A stretch of 64,000 nucleotides of DNA, taken from contig OY781964.1 in the NCBI GenBank assembly GCA_963677485.1, positions 4,992,001-5,056,000 on the forward strand, written 5' to 3'. The DNA is from Armatimonadota bacterium (GTDB lineage Bacteria > Armatimonadota > HRBIN16). The notes beneath the pieces were generated by a model that worked only from the letters and a program-made list of their open reading frames with translations, was not told the DNA's origin and did no database searches. A program made the translations under genes and the position numbers. How positions within the stretch are numbered: the first letter of the stretch is position 1; the number at the start of each line of letters is the position of its first letter. Shown here in pieces: positions 1-9,350 of this stretch.

Positions 1-26
1 GCGACCTGCTGTATGTCTCTACAAAT

Positions 27-728
27 ATGGAGTTCATTGAAGCGGACGACATCCGCTGTGGATATGAGGTGATGCTCGGTAACTGCTTTAGGCTTCTTGA
101 CGCGAATTACTACGCATGGCTGCGTGACGGAATGAACGGTGCGAAGAAGACATACGAGGCCGGGCAAACGAGCGAGGCAACATACAACGCCATTCGCAGC
201 AGATTCAACGTGATCCACGAATGGGCTGCAGAGCATATCGGGCAGAAGCAACTGCTTGATGCCACCAAGAATTTGAAGCCAGGTCGCTATCTACCCCCAT
301 CGAAGGGCTCTTTGAAGGCGTCAAGAATGCGTGAACACATGTCCTGTGTGCCTTCCGAGATTGAGAATGCTTTGCAACTTGAGCTCCCGATGCAGAGCGG
401 ACCAGAATACCTATTCCCGAAGGCAAGCAATCTGCCCTGCACGGCAAATGTGACACAGCAGGCATATGCCCAGGTGAATGCGATCCGCAGTAGAGCCATA
501 TCACTTGGTTGGACAGAGGCCAGCCTATTTCAGAACCGTGGTCAGTACCGCTTCCCTTACAGTCAGGACTACGGCCTGGTCTGTTTCCTAAGCTGCGGAG
601 GAGTGAAGCGAACCATAGGGGAGGTAAGCGCACAGGTGATCCAGATTGTTGAGAAGCAGCAGAACAGGAGCCACTGCTTCTACAACATGAACGTGCCTCA
701 GCCGTGGAACTCGAGGATAACGGAGTGA
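27..728 (+). CDS. Hypothetical protein, probably 5'-truncated by the window edge
   Basis: 233-aa ORF; frame is open back to base 3; no motif recognised. Confidence 0.65.
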   Translation: MEFIEADDIRCGYEVMLGNCFRLLDANYYAWLRDGMNGAKKTYEAGQTSEATYNAIRSRFNVIHEWAAEHIGQKQLLDATKNLKPGRYLPPSKGSLKASRMREHMSCVPSEIENALQLELPMQSGPEYLFPKASNLPCTANVTQQAYAQVNAIRSRAISLGWTEASLFQNRGQYRFPYSQDYGLVCFLSCGGVKRTIGEVSAQVIQIVEKQQNRSHCFYNMNVPQPWNSRITE

Positions 729-1085
729 GCGGGTGCACAGGGAAGGTCAGGCTGCGCATGTTTCATCTGGAAGAAGCAATGATGATCAAGGCCTTTTGTG
801 TGGTTAGTGGAAGATCCAAGCACGGACGCTGGGCACCCACCGTATTCCGGCACTGTTTCGCTCACGTTACGAAACCTGCGCGGTTGTTGCATGGGTGGGG
901 TTAGTTTACGCATCGGTGGCATGGGCGGCAAGCTAGCCGAAGCGAGCGATGCAAGTGGTCTAGGGTTTCAGATTCGGTGCAGTCAGTGCATCAACCATGC
1001 ACACAAAGCGAAGGGAGGAACAAAGCAGCCTGCAAGCCACGCCTTGCTCCCCCACTCAGCCGGTTAGAGTCGTGCCAATATCCGT

Positions 1086-1487
1086 TCAGTCAGTCTGGCA
1101 AGCGGCATCCACCGGCTCCGCATGATCAGTAGTGGAAACAGAATTACCACCACTCCTCCCGATGGGCACGTCTTTGGGAAGCGGTAGCTTTGCAATGTGG
1201 CCCTGATCTACGCACCACACAAGAAACATGCGCAGCACACGAATGGTCTTCGTCACGGTTGGCACGGCGCGATCACGTCCGCTGGGCAGTTTCAGGAGCG
1301 CGTCCGACTTCAGGAACTTGCCTACGTGCAGGGCCAGGATGGACGTCAGTTTACGCTCATCACCAAAGAAGGCTGTGATCTGCTTTGCGTCCTGCGAGTA
1401 AGTGTAAAGTGTCCGCTCGCTCTTGCCCTCTGTTTTCAGGTGCTCCAGGTAGCAGTTCATCGCCTGGCTTAGAATCATCTCCGACAT
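1086..1487 (-). CDS. Stand-alone phage-integrase N-terminal SAM-like (core-binding) domain protein
   Basis: YLEHLKTEGKSERTLYTY...AVPTVTKTIRVLRMFLVW pattern; GGAGG RBS; no catalytic domain. Confidence 0.75.
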   Translation of the reverse strand: MSEMILSQAMNCYLEHLKTEGKSERTLYTYSQDAKQITAFFGDERKLTSILALHVGKFLKSDALLKLPSGRDRAVPTVTKTIRVLRMFLVWCVDQGHIAKLPLPKDVPIGRSGGNSVSTTDHAEPVDAACQTD

Positions 1488-1672
1488 GTGGTGCCTCCAG
1501 TTATCTGTTTATGGTGCAGTCTGTTAATCCGCTGCGCATCACATTCATAGCTTCGTTCGAGGGATGAAAGCAAGTCGCGATGTAAGAATTTGTGGTATCA
1601 ACGCAATAACCACGCAAAACTACCTGGATGTCAAAAGAACTCGATAACTCTCCAAGGAACCGCCTCACAGCA

Positions 1673-1702
1673 CTTGATGTTCGCACGCAATAATGCGTTC
1701 AT
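1673..1702 (+). promoter_or_regulatory. Putative element-specific promoter CTTG-N18-GCGTTCAT
   Basis: Same ACTTGATGT start and 18-nt spacing recur at 9139-9168 and 21733-21762. Confidence 0.5.
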
Positions 1703-1750
1703 TCATGATGAGCACAGCACATACTGTTCAGCGTGCTCAGGAGGCGACCC

Positions 1751-2689
1751 TTGATAGACTTTCGAACCTTACGATTTGGAATCGAGATAGAGACAGTAGG
1801 TGCCACGCGCAGCTGTGTGGCCAGAGCTATACAGTCGGTAGTAGGCGGTGACGTGAAGCATGTAGGAGTGCCCACTGGCTACGACCCCTATGAGGTCACA
1901 GACTTCAAAAACCGCATCTGGAAAGTGGTGGCAGACAGCTCCCTCTCAGATACAGAATACGAAAAGCGGGCTGAGGTAGTGAGCCCGATCCTCTGCTACT
2001 GCGATCTGCCTGAACTCCAGGAAGTGATCCGTGCCGTTAGGCATTCAGGTGCAAAGTCCAGTGTGCAGTGTGGAGTCCACGTTCACCTTGACTGCAGTGA
2101 GTTCGACGGAAACAGCCTGATCAATCTCGCGAAGCTGTATCACAAACAGGAAGCGCTCATTGTGAAGGCGTTTAGCGTCAGCGAGCAGCGCATGATCCGA
2201 TACGCCAAACCCATGGATCCAAGGTTTATTGCCCGCATAGAGAAGTGCAAGAAACGCGACGTCAGCGCAATCAACTCGCTATGGTATGGCTATGAGAAGC
2301 CAAACCCAGGACGATATGACGTTGAACGCTACGCTGCAGTCAACTTTACATCTTACCTGGTTCGGCGTAGTGTGGAGTTCCGGCTGTTTGGATTTCCCAC
2401 CGAGAAGCTGCATGCAGGCATGGTAAAGGCCTGGGTGACCTTTATACTGGCACTCGGGGCACGAGCACTTAACTGCCGGTGCACATCGAGTCGCAGAAGG
2501 GAGTTTGATCCAGAGACGGCGCGCTATGATTTCAGGGTGTTTGCGGTGATTAACCTGGGCATCATGGGGCCTGAGTTTAGCAGTGTGCGACGTCATTTAC
2601 TGGCTAACCTGAGCGGTGACTGTGCATACAAGCATACAAGACCAAGCGTGGACACCTCGAAGAAGGAGGTGGTCGCATGTGCGGACTAA
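1751..2689 (+). CDS. Putative amidoligase (COOH-NH2 ligase, Amidoligase_2 type)
   Basis: FGIEIE, WKVVADSS, EVVSPIL, CGVHVH, VEFR motifs; AGGAGG precedes TTG at 1751. Confidence 0.85.
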   Translation: MIDFRTLRFGIEIETVGATRSCVARAIQSVVGGDVKHVGVPTGYDPYEVTDFKNRIWKVVADSSLSDTEYEKRAEVVSPILCYCDLPELQEVIRAVRHSGAKSSVQCGVHVHLDCSEFDGNSLINLAKLYHKQEALIVKAFSVSEQRMIRYAKPMDPRFIARIEKCKKRDVSAINSLWYGYEKPNPGRYDVERYAAVNFTSYLVRRSVEFRLFGFPTEKLHAGMVKAWVTFILALGARALNCRCTSSRRREFDPETARYDFRVFAVINLGIMGPEFSSVRRHLLANLSGDCAYKHTRPSVDTSKKEVVACAD

Positions 2690-3486
2690 CGGGGATTCTA
2701 AAGACGAGTGAGCGTAGAAGCCGGAGGGAGATCAATACGATCTCCAGTCTATTCACTCAGCTGCTCATTGGAAGTGAACACCGCGGCCCACATGCCACGG
2801 GTGCCGCGGTTGTCAGTGAGAGCGGTGAGTATGTTTTGTGCAAAGCTCCCCTGCCGGCATCCGAGTTTGTGTTAAGCGAGGGGTATTGCCAGCTCATATA
2901 CCAAGTGGCATGTGACACCACGCTACTCATGGGGCACACGCGCTGGCCTACTCGCGGAAGTCATCTGGATAACCGGTGTAACCATCCGCTGGTTGGTGAC
3001 GGCCACGGTAGTCACCAATGCATCGCCACGCACAACGGAGACATACCTAACCACATGGTGCTGTCTCGCCAGATGGATCTAAGGCGTGAACTGGAAGTAG
3101 ACAGTGAAGTCATTCTGCGGCTGGCCGAAAAGAATCTATGCAGCTCAGAGATAGACCCGGTGGGCCTCGCGGATGACATATCTCGCTGTCAAGGTCGGCT
3201 CTCCGCTGTGGTCATCGCGACGAGTGATCCAACGAAGACACTGCTTGTCAAAGGCAACCAGCCGCTCGAGCTGCGGTTTCACAAGAGACGTGGCCTGATC
3301 GCCTATGCTTCTGAAGCCGAGATACTTGACGAGGCGATCGGTAATGCCAGAGGCTGGACGGATATCGAGATCCCGGCATGGCACATCGCGGTGGTGGACA
3401 CGAGGTCACTCGTAATGCCGTTAACGCTCTACCCCATCCCGTCATTATGGGATGACATTGACTGGCGGCCAAGGCCATGTCGATGA
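2677..3486 (+). CDS. Class II (Ntn) glutamine amidotransferase
   Basis: N-terminal MCG, RGPHATG, GHTRWPT, NHP, HNG, VDSE. Confidence 0.9.
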   Translation: MCGLTGILKTSERRSRREINTISSLFTQLLIGSEHRGPHATGAAVVSESGEYVLCKAPLPASEFVLSEGYCQLIYQVACDTTLLMGHTRWPTRGSHLDNRCNHPLVGDGHGSHQCIATHNGDIPNHMVLSRQMDLRRELEVDSEVILRLAEKNLCSSEIDPVGLADDISRCQGRLSAVVIATSDPTKTLLVKGNQPLELRFHKRRGLIAYASEAEILDEAIGNARGWTDIEIPAWHIAVVDTRSLVMPLTLYPIPSLWDDIDWRPRPCR

Positions 3487-4112
3487 CACTTGTTCTTGAA
3501 ACGGACGGCGGCATCTCTGAGTTTGTGATGAAACCCATTGACAGGAAGAGCCGCCAGGCGACCACGAAGAGAGTGGCTGTGGACGCTCAAGGCCGGGAAT
3601 GCAGCCGGGCGCTACTCACACGCGATGAACTTCTCTTAGGATCTGGATCAGTGACAGACAACTATGAAGACAAAGACGGCAACAGTGTAGAGCACGGCGA
3701 GGTGATGCAGGTCGACGCGTGTGGTCATACGCTTCTAAACTTGCCAGCGACAATCGGTAGAACGCAGAGACCGGTGGGGCCTGTCGAGGTAGAGCTGCTG
3801 CTTGAGCACACGGTCATGAAAGCATATGTGCTCTTGTCGGCGGTGATTGCTAATGACCTGCGCGATTCGCTTGCGGCCTTAGACGTCTATCAAGTGGCAT
3901 TCAGACCCAGGGCGTCTGTCATAGACCACCCGGCATTCATGCTGGCGAATTCATCTGGCATATTCCTGCTTCAGTGTAGGCCCTGCCTCACACAGTTTAT
4001 ACGCCTTGACCAACCTGTGATACAGGACAGCGAGCTGGACGACGAAGAGGAACTCTGGGACGACTGGCAGATGAGTAGCCAAGCAGATTCCATCGGAGGT
4101 GACGCGTGGTAA
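3477..4112 (+). CDS. Hypothetical protein, possible divergent Ku core, acidic C-terminal tail
   Basis: Overlaps upstream stop; segments YEDKDGNSV, NLPATIGRT..VGPV, KAYVL resemble bacterial Ku spacing (by-eye inference). Confidence 0.6.
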   Translation: MSMTLVLETDGGISEFVMKPIDRKSRQATTKRVAVDAQGRECSRALLTRDELLLGSGSVTDNYEDKDGNSVEHGEVMQVDACGHTLLNLPATIGRTQRPVGPVEVELLLEHTVMKAYVLLSAVIANDLRDSLAALDVYQVAFRPRASVIDHPAFMLANSSGIFLLQCRPCLTQFIRLDQPVIQDSELDDEEELWDDWQMSSQADSIGGDAW

Positions 4113-4819
4113 AGATGCGAAGGATCCGGCTTGCTGACCACAAGGGACGTGACGCCACAGTGCTACTCGTGCCAGTTGGTGAGAGTGTGAAATACAAGCA
4201 TCAGGATACTAGCGGTAATCCCGTGCACTCCGTAAGGCGGGTTCGTGCAACGAGTAACACGTGTTCGGATGCGCTGTTTGCCAAATACTCAGACCCCGAC
4301 GAACTGTCGCGGGCGCTTATCGCGGGTGACCCAGATGTTGACTTTGAAATGACGGGGCGAGTGACTGGCCCCTGCGACAGAGTTCACATAGACGGTGACG
4401 GGCAGGTTCTTTACGCACCCTCAGTCATGCAGGTGCGCTGTGCCCCAGACGGGTTGGAATGTGAGCGAAGGCCAATCACCATCCGTGCATCTAACTTGGT
4501 CACCCCCACTGCTCCGGTTTGGTCAGGTGTGTTACTGCCGCGAGCTGAACTTGTCAGGAAATACGCACTCACTCGGGGCTATCAAGTGGTGCATTCTAAC
4601 GCCTTGGAGTTTGACTTCCTGTTTGGTATCGCGTCCTTTCTGGATGAACGAAAAGCTGCAGTCCAGGTCGGATCCGGCAGACGTGGTAACGGGCCATTAA
4701 TCTTTGAGCGTAACGGTCTATCCTTCCGCGGTTTCCTGGACGGCCGGGTACAGGCTGACGCGATGCGGCTGGTTCTGTATCTGGCGGCCTTCGATCTATC
4801 TGCGCAGGAGCAGCGATGA
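4106..4819 (+). CDS. Hypothetical protein, possible second divergent Ku core
   Basis: GGAGG RBS, overlaps upstream stop; LLPRAELVRKYALTRGYQV...FLFGIASFLDE resembles Ku core (by-eye inference). Confidence 0.6.
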   Translation: MVKMRRIRLADHKGRDATVLLVPVGESVKYKHQDTSGNPVHSVRRVRATSNTCSDALFAKYSDPDELSRALIAGDPDVDFEMTGRVTGPCDRVHIDGDGQVLYAPSVMQVRCAPDGLECERRPITIRASNLVTPTAPVWSGVLLPRAELVRKYALTRGYQVVHSNALEFDFLFGIASFLDERKAAVQVGSGRRGNGPLIFERNGLSFRGFLDGRVQADAMRLVLYLAAFDLSAQEQR

Positions 4820-7800
4820 TGGAGAACAATGCATTCGTCGTAGCCGCTGTTTCTAAACAAGGAGCTGCACTTGGCACTGGACGCATCTATCCGGCTGGCT
4901 CACTTCGTGATGCAGATCTGGCCACACTACTCTCACTATATAAATGTAATGTAGCCGGGGCATACACAAGCGTATCGCCAGACGCCATCGCCACGACTAT
5001 TCCGAGCGGGTGCCACATGGCATCCACCAAGATTGACGGTGAGCAGTGGTTTCTGTGCAGGAGTGATGCCTACACCTATCTGGCGTCCCCCGGTGGCAAG
5101 ATCATTACCGGTGTGCCCATCACGGCGGAAGCAGACATACTGCTTTCAGATTGGAACGGAGTGCTCGCTGGGGAGCTCTACGCCACTGTGGACACAGGCA
5201 GGCCAAGCGTATTCAGTCTGCATTCGGCTCTGGGTGGAGGGACTGATGCGCAGATAGAGCGGCTCAGATTTGCCGCGTTTGATATTCTGCGAGGCGGTGA
5301 CGGAGATTGTCAGCTGCTGCCATTTACGAATCGGGCACGACACATACAGGAAATGCTAACTGGCTCTGAGCTGCTTCATTCGGTTGACTTTACCGAAATA
5401 GATGGACCCCTCGAAACTCAGCGGTTCTTCGAAAGCAGAGTTCAGTCAGGCGCGGAAGGGATTGTTGTTCGCTGCGGTGATGGACGTATATTCAAACTGA
5501 AGCCGAGGATTATGATCGATGCGGTGGTGGTGGCCTACACAGAAACATCTCAGGGTGTCAGCGAACTGCTGCTTGCCTTGATGCCTGAAATGCAGCCCAG
5601 CGAAATGAAGCCCGGCGAAATACAGACCATGCAAATCATTGGCCGCGTGGATATTGGCTTCCGCACAAATGAAAGGCGCGAGCTTGCGGATCGCCTGAGC
5701 CAACTGAAATGCGAGTCTGCCATTAACTTGTCAAGCCGAAGTTCACATCCATATGTATGGGTGCGCCCGCAGATTGTTGTAGAGGTATGCTGCCACGAGA
5801 TTTTGTCTACCAGCAGTGACGGCGAACCAATCCGACGCTGGCGCGTGACTCACAACAACGATGGCTGGAAGTCCACCGGCAAGGCAGCAAGTATCAGCAT
5901 GCGCGATGCCGTCTTCATTCGTGTTCGAGAAGATAAGGTAGCGAAACTGCCGGATGTCCGCTGGTTACAGGTTGCTGACATTGTTGATATATCTGCTGCG
6001 AATATAGATCTCACAGATCTACCGAAATCCGAAGTGATCCGCCGCGAGGTCTACACGAAGGCCATCCGCCACTACGGGGTAGCCGTGCGGAAGGTCGCCG
6101 TCTGGAAAACTAACAAGGAAGATGCTGACCCGCGCTACCCGGCATACGCAGCCCTGTTCACAGACTACTCCCCTGCTCGTCAGGAACCCGTGCGGACTGA
6201 ACTGCGAGTGGCCTGTAGCGTGGAACGGATAATGGTAACTGCCGACAACTGGCTTGCAGTAAATGTGAAGCGCGGATGGCAGTGCGTGGCCACGATGAGT
6301 AATGTGGTTGCAACAGATATTGCGACAAGTAGTGAAGACACGATTCCTCCCCTTCATACCACTGCTAGCTCACATTCACTTTCTATTAGCTTTGCACGAA
6401 GCACGTCTCCCACATTCGCAGTCGTGCGTAGGAGGCTTGATGCACTCTCTGAACTGGGTGAGCTAAGCATCACAAAGGACGATGCAGGCAGGGAAGTCTG
6501 GTTTGAACTTCATGTTCGTGCTGGGCTTGTGGAGCATTACAGACGCATCACTAATCTGCTTACGCTGGTCAAACGCTGGAAGAGCATCGAAGTTGTGCTA
6601 GACGGTGAGACACTCGACCGGCATACACTCGATGATGTGCTAAACCGCATTGAAGAGATCCGGCAGTGCTGGAGCAGGCGTAAAGCCGCAGGCCCTGCAG
6701 GTTGCCGTCGTGACTGCACGCTCGGTTGCCGGAGCCTGCGTATTACGGCGTCTCACAGGTTCCTCGAGGGGGCGTTCATCACAGAGCCGCAGTGGTATAC
6801 CGTGGGTAAGTTCGAAAGCGGACAAGTGGTAGTTGACAAAGCAGGGCTAGTGGCTCAGTTAGACTGGCGTCGAAACAAGCTGGTTGACTGCTGTCCATGC
6901 TTTGATCAGGGCAGCGTGCTATCCGCTGTTGAATCATTACCGGAAGTCTTGTCGCCAGAAAACCCTAGCTACCAACTGGTATACAAGCGCGATGATGGAC
7001 TTGCAGCCTGGGTGTGGCCAGAACATGCACCGATGCCGTCGAGACTTGATGCTCACGGCGTGCAGATGCGCAGTCCACAATCGGGTGAGCAAAACTTCGG
7101 CGTCACAACATTAGCGTCGCCATCTACTCACTCGTCTCCATCTCGCCTAATTCCTGCGGCCAGCTACGCCGATGTATGCGGACAGGACGATGCAGTCCAA
7201 ACCGTGCGCGACCTAATAGAGCTACCAATGAGACATGCACATATGTTCGAAGCGGTTGGTGTATCGGCTAAACCCAGCGGTGTGATTCTCGCAGGCCCTC
7301 CTGGCACGGGTAAGACACTTCTAGCTCGTGCAGTTGCAGGTCAGTGCGGTGCTCACCTCGAGATAGTGTCAGGGCCAGAGTTATTGAGCCCGTATGTCGG
7401 TGCAACGGAGCAGGCACTACGCGAAGTATTCGAACGCGCCAGTCGTAACACGCCATCGCTTATTCTGTTTGATGAACTGGACAGCATTGCTCCGTCACGT
7501 GCAACTGCCGATGCTCATCACCAGCAAACGCTCGTGGCACAACTACTCACCCTACTCGACGGCATTGAAGGACGAAGTGGGATATCGGTGCTGGCGACAA
7601 CTAACCGTCCGAAATCCATAGATGCCGCACTGCGCAGACCGGGTCGGTTCGACCAAGTTGTCATGATGAAACTGCCCGACCTTCATGGCAGGTCTGGGAT
7701 ACTTCGGCATTACCTGAAGCCGCTCAAGCTGGATCCGTGTATTGATTTGGATCTACTCATCGGCGATCTCGCCACATTGATGGACGGCGCATCCGGTGCT

Positions 7801-7944
7801 GACCTGGAATATCTATGCCAGTCAGCAGCCCGTGCTTGTGTGAAAGAGGCAGTTGTTGCCGGACAGAGCGATTCAGAAACTATGATAGCGGAGCGTCATC
7901 TTCGCGTGGCTACTCTGGAATATGCATCGTCGCATAGTGTGTAG
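4816..7944 (+). CDS. ATP-dependent DNA ligase fused to a C-terminal Cdc48-like AAA+ ATPase
   Basis: Ligase motifs KIDG (K72), GELY, FAAFDIL, EGIVVR, KLKP and OB-fold end IRVREDK; AAA motifs GPPGTGKT, LFDELD, TNRPKSIDAALRRPGRFD. Confidence 0.9.
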   Translation: MMENNAFVVAAVSKQGAALGTGRIYPAGSLRDADLATLLSLYKCNVAGAYTSVSPDAIATTIPSGCHMASTKIDGEQWFLCRSDAYTYLASPGGKIITGVPITAEADILLSDWNGVLAGELYATVDTGRPSVFSLHSALGGGTDAQIERLRFAAFDILRGGDGDCQLLPFTNRARHIQEMLTGSELLHSVDFTEIDGPLETQRFFESRVQSGAEGIVVRCGDGRIFKLKPRIMIDAVVVAYTETSQGVSELLLALMPEMQPSEMKPGEIQTMQIIGRVDIGFRTNERRELADRLSQLKCESAINLSSRSSHPYVWVRPQIVVEVCCHEILSTSSDGEPIRRWRVTHNNDGWKSTGKAASISMRDAVFIRVREDKVAKLPDVRWLQVADIVDISAANIDLTDLPKSEVIRREVYTKAIRHYGVAVRKVAVWKTNKEDADPRYPAYAALFTDYSPARQEPVRTELRVACSVERIMVTADNWLAVNVKRGWQCVATMSNVVATDIATSSEDTIPPLHTTASSHSLSISFARSTSPTFAVVRRRLDALSELGELSITKDDAGREVWFELHVRAGLVEHYRRITNLLTLVKRWKSIEVVLDGETLDRHTLDDVLNRIEEIRQCWSRRKAAGPAGCRRDCTLGCRSLRITASHRFLEGAFITEPQWYTVGKFESGQVVVDKAGLVAQLDWRRNKLVDCCPCFDQGSVLSAVESLPEVLSPENPSYQLVYKRDDGLAAWVWPEHAPMPSRLDAHGVQMRSPQSGEQNFGVTTLASPSTHSSPSRLIPAASYADVCGQDDAVQTVRDLIELPMRHAHMFEAVGVSAKPSGVILAGPPGTGKTLLARAVAGQCGAHLEIVSGPELLSPYVGATEQALREVFERASRNTPSLILFDELDSIAPSRATADAHHQQTLVAQLLTLLDGIEGRSGISVLATTNRPKSIDAALRRPGRFDQVVMMKLPDLHGRSGILRHYLKPLKLDPCIDLDLLIGDLATLMDGASGADLEYLCQSAARACVKEAVVAGQSDSETMIAERHLRVATLEYASSHSV

Positions 7945-8154
7945 GGGCAGTGTGTATCCTGGATTTACTATGCCCCCCTGTATCCACGGCGGTGGTGAGA
8001 GAAATAACTAACGTAACGAAATACATGCTCTAACACAACCTATTCCTTGAGTGATGTTGAACCGCAACACATTACCATCTACACTTAGTGGATACACCAA
8101 GCTATGGTTGCCATAATCTATCATCCCCCCTAATTAGCCGTCCTCAAAGTCCTC

Positions 8155-8300
8155 CATCGAAATTTCGATGAACATTTTCCAGATATCAAAGCAATTTAGA
8201 ACGAATTTCAGACCCATGATTCTTACCATTCCACGCTCAGTCAACACACATATTACGCAAATCAGTGGTCATCCCCGTTAGTCTCCATCGAAATTTCGAC
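8155..8300. promoter_or_regulatory. Pair of palindromic operator-like sites
   Basis: Perfect CATCGAAATTTCGATG at 8155-8170 and near copy at 8286-8300; both retained at 21403-21420 and 21536-21550. Confidence 0.6.
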
Positions 8301-8377
8301 ATTCAGGTTGTATGGTTCGGCGAGAGCAACCCACAAGTTTTTGGGACACTCGAGAGCTGAACCGAGCAGGAGAACAA

Positions 8378-8965
8378 ATGCATACAACCAACTGTTTCGA
8401 AGCTCTGGATAGCTACTGTGTATCGCTCATACATCTGAAGGCCTGCCGCCTTATAGGCAACTACGGGTATACCAAATCCGACAAAGATGACATCGAGCAA
8501 GAGCTCGCCCTGCACCTGCGCCAAAGCCTTCCGAGATATAACCAAGCCCGTGGCACCCTGAAGACCTTCGTCAACTGCGTGCTGGGTAACAAGATCCGAA
8601 GCATGATCAGGGAACACGTAACCGATCAGTATGACAGCCGTAAGAATGGCCCATCACTAAGTGATCCCGTTGCGCAGGAATCGGGGGAACGCCTTAACCG
8701 GGTGGACATCATCGACTCAGATGACTACTTGATTCGCATGGGCAAGATATCGCGCAGGGAGTGCGAGTTAGTCGAACTGCGCATCGATGTGGAGCGTGTG
8801 GTATCGAGGCTGCCGGTGAATCTACAGGAACTCTGCGAACAGCTTAGCCGGCAGAGCATCGCTGATGTAGCTCGTGAGACCGGATGGAGCCGCGGCAAAA
8901 TCTATGACATGAAGCAGGTAATTCTTGACGCATTCATCGAAGGCGGACTGGACGAATGGGTATGA
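8378..8965 (+). CDS. Sigma-70/ECF-like sigma factor (phage/ICE type)
   Basis: Region 2-like DKDDIEQEL...YNQARGTLKTFV and region 4 HTH SIADVARETGWSRGKIY; AGGAG RBS before ATG 8378. Confidence 0.75.
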   Translation: MHTTNCFEALDSYCVSLIHLKACRLIGNYGYTKSDKDDIEQELALHLRQSLPRYNQARGTLKTFVNCVLGNKIRSMIREHVTDQYDSRKNGPSLSDPVAQESGERLNRVDIIDSDDYLIRMGKISRRECELVELRIDVERVVSRLPVNLQELCEQLSRQSIADVARETGWSRGKIYDMKQVILDAFIEGGLDEWV

Positions 8966-9204
8966 AGATGAAGCTAAGAGATACAAGGTGTAGCACAAAA
9001 CCTAACTCTCACACCAACTGGATAGCCCTATCACAACGCATCTGCACGGCGACAGAGATACTCGCCACTGGCATGATGCGCCATAAACTCCGGTGTCAGG
9101 CTGTGAAGAGAGGTGAATCACGCCACTCAGTAGAAAAACTTGATGTTTTCGCAAATTCATGCGTGAATGCAACAAACCGGATCCGAAGGGAGAGAAAACA
9201 ATGA
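8956..9204 (+). CDS. Small hypothetical protein
   Basis: 82-aa ORF overlapping the sigma stop. Confidence 0.35.
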   Translation: MGMKMKLRDTRCSTKPNSHTNWIALSQRICTATEILATGMMRHKLRCQAVKRGESRHSVEKLDVFANSCVNATNRIRRERKQ

Positions 9205-9350
9205 GTGCTTTTAGGAGAGGTCTGAAGGGCCAGTTTGAAACAGGGCTGGCTCAGCACGGCACTACAGTGTCCATGTCCTCCGGCTGCCCGTGTCCATCAA
9301 CATCAATATCACGAATGACGCATTTACAAACAACGGAGAAAAGATAACCT

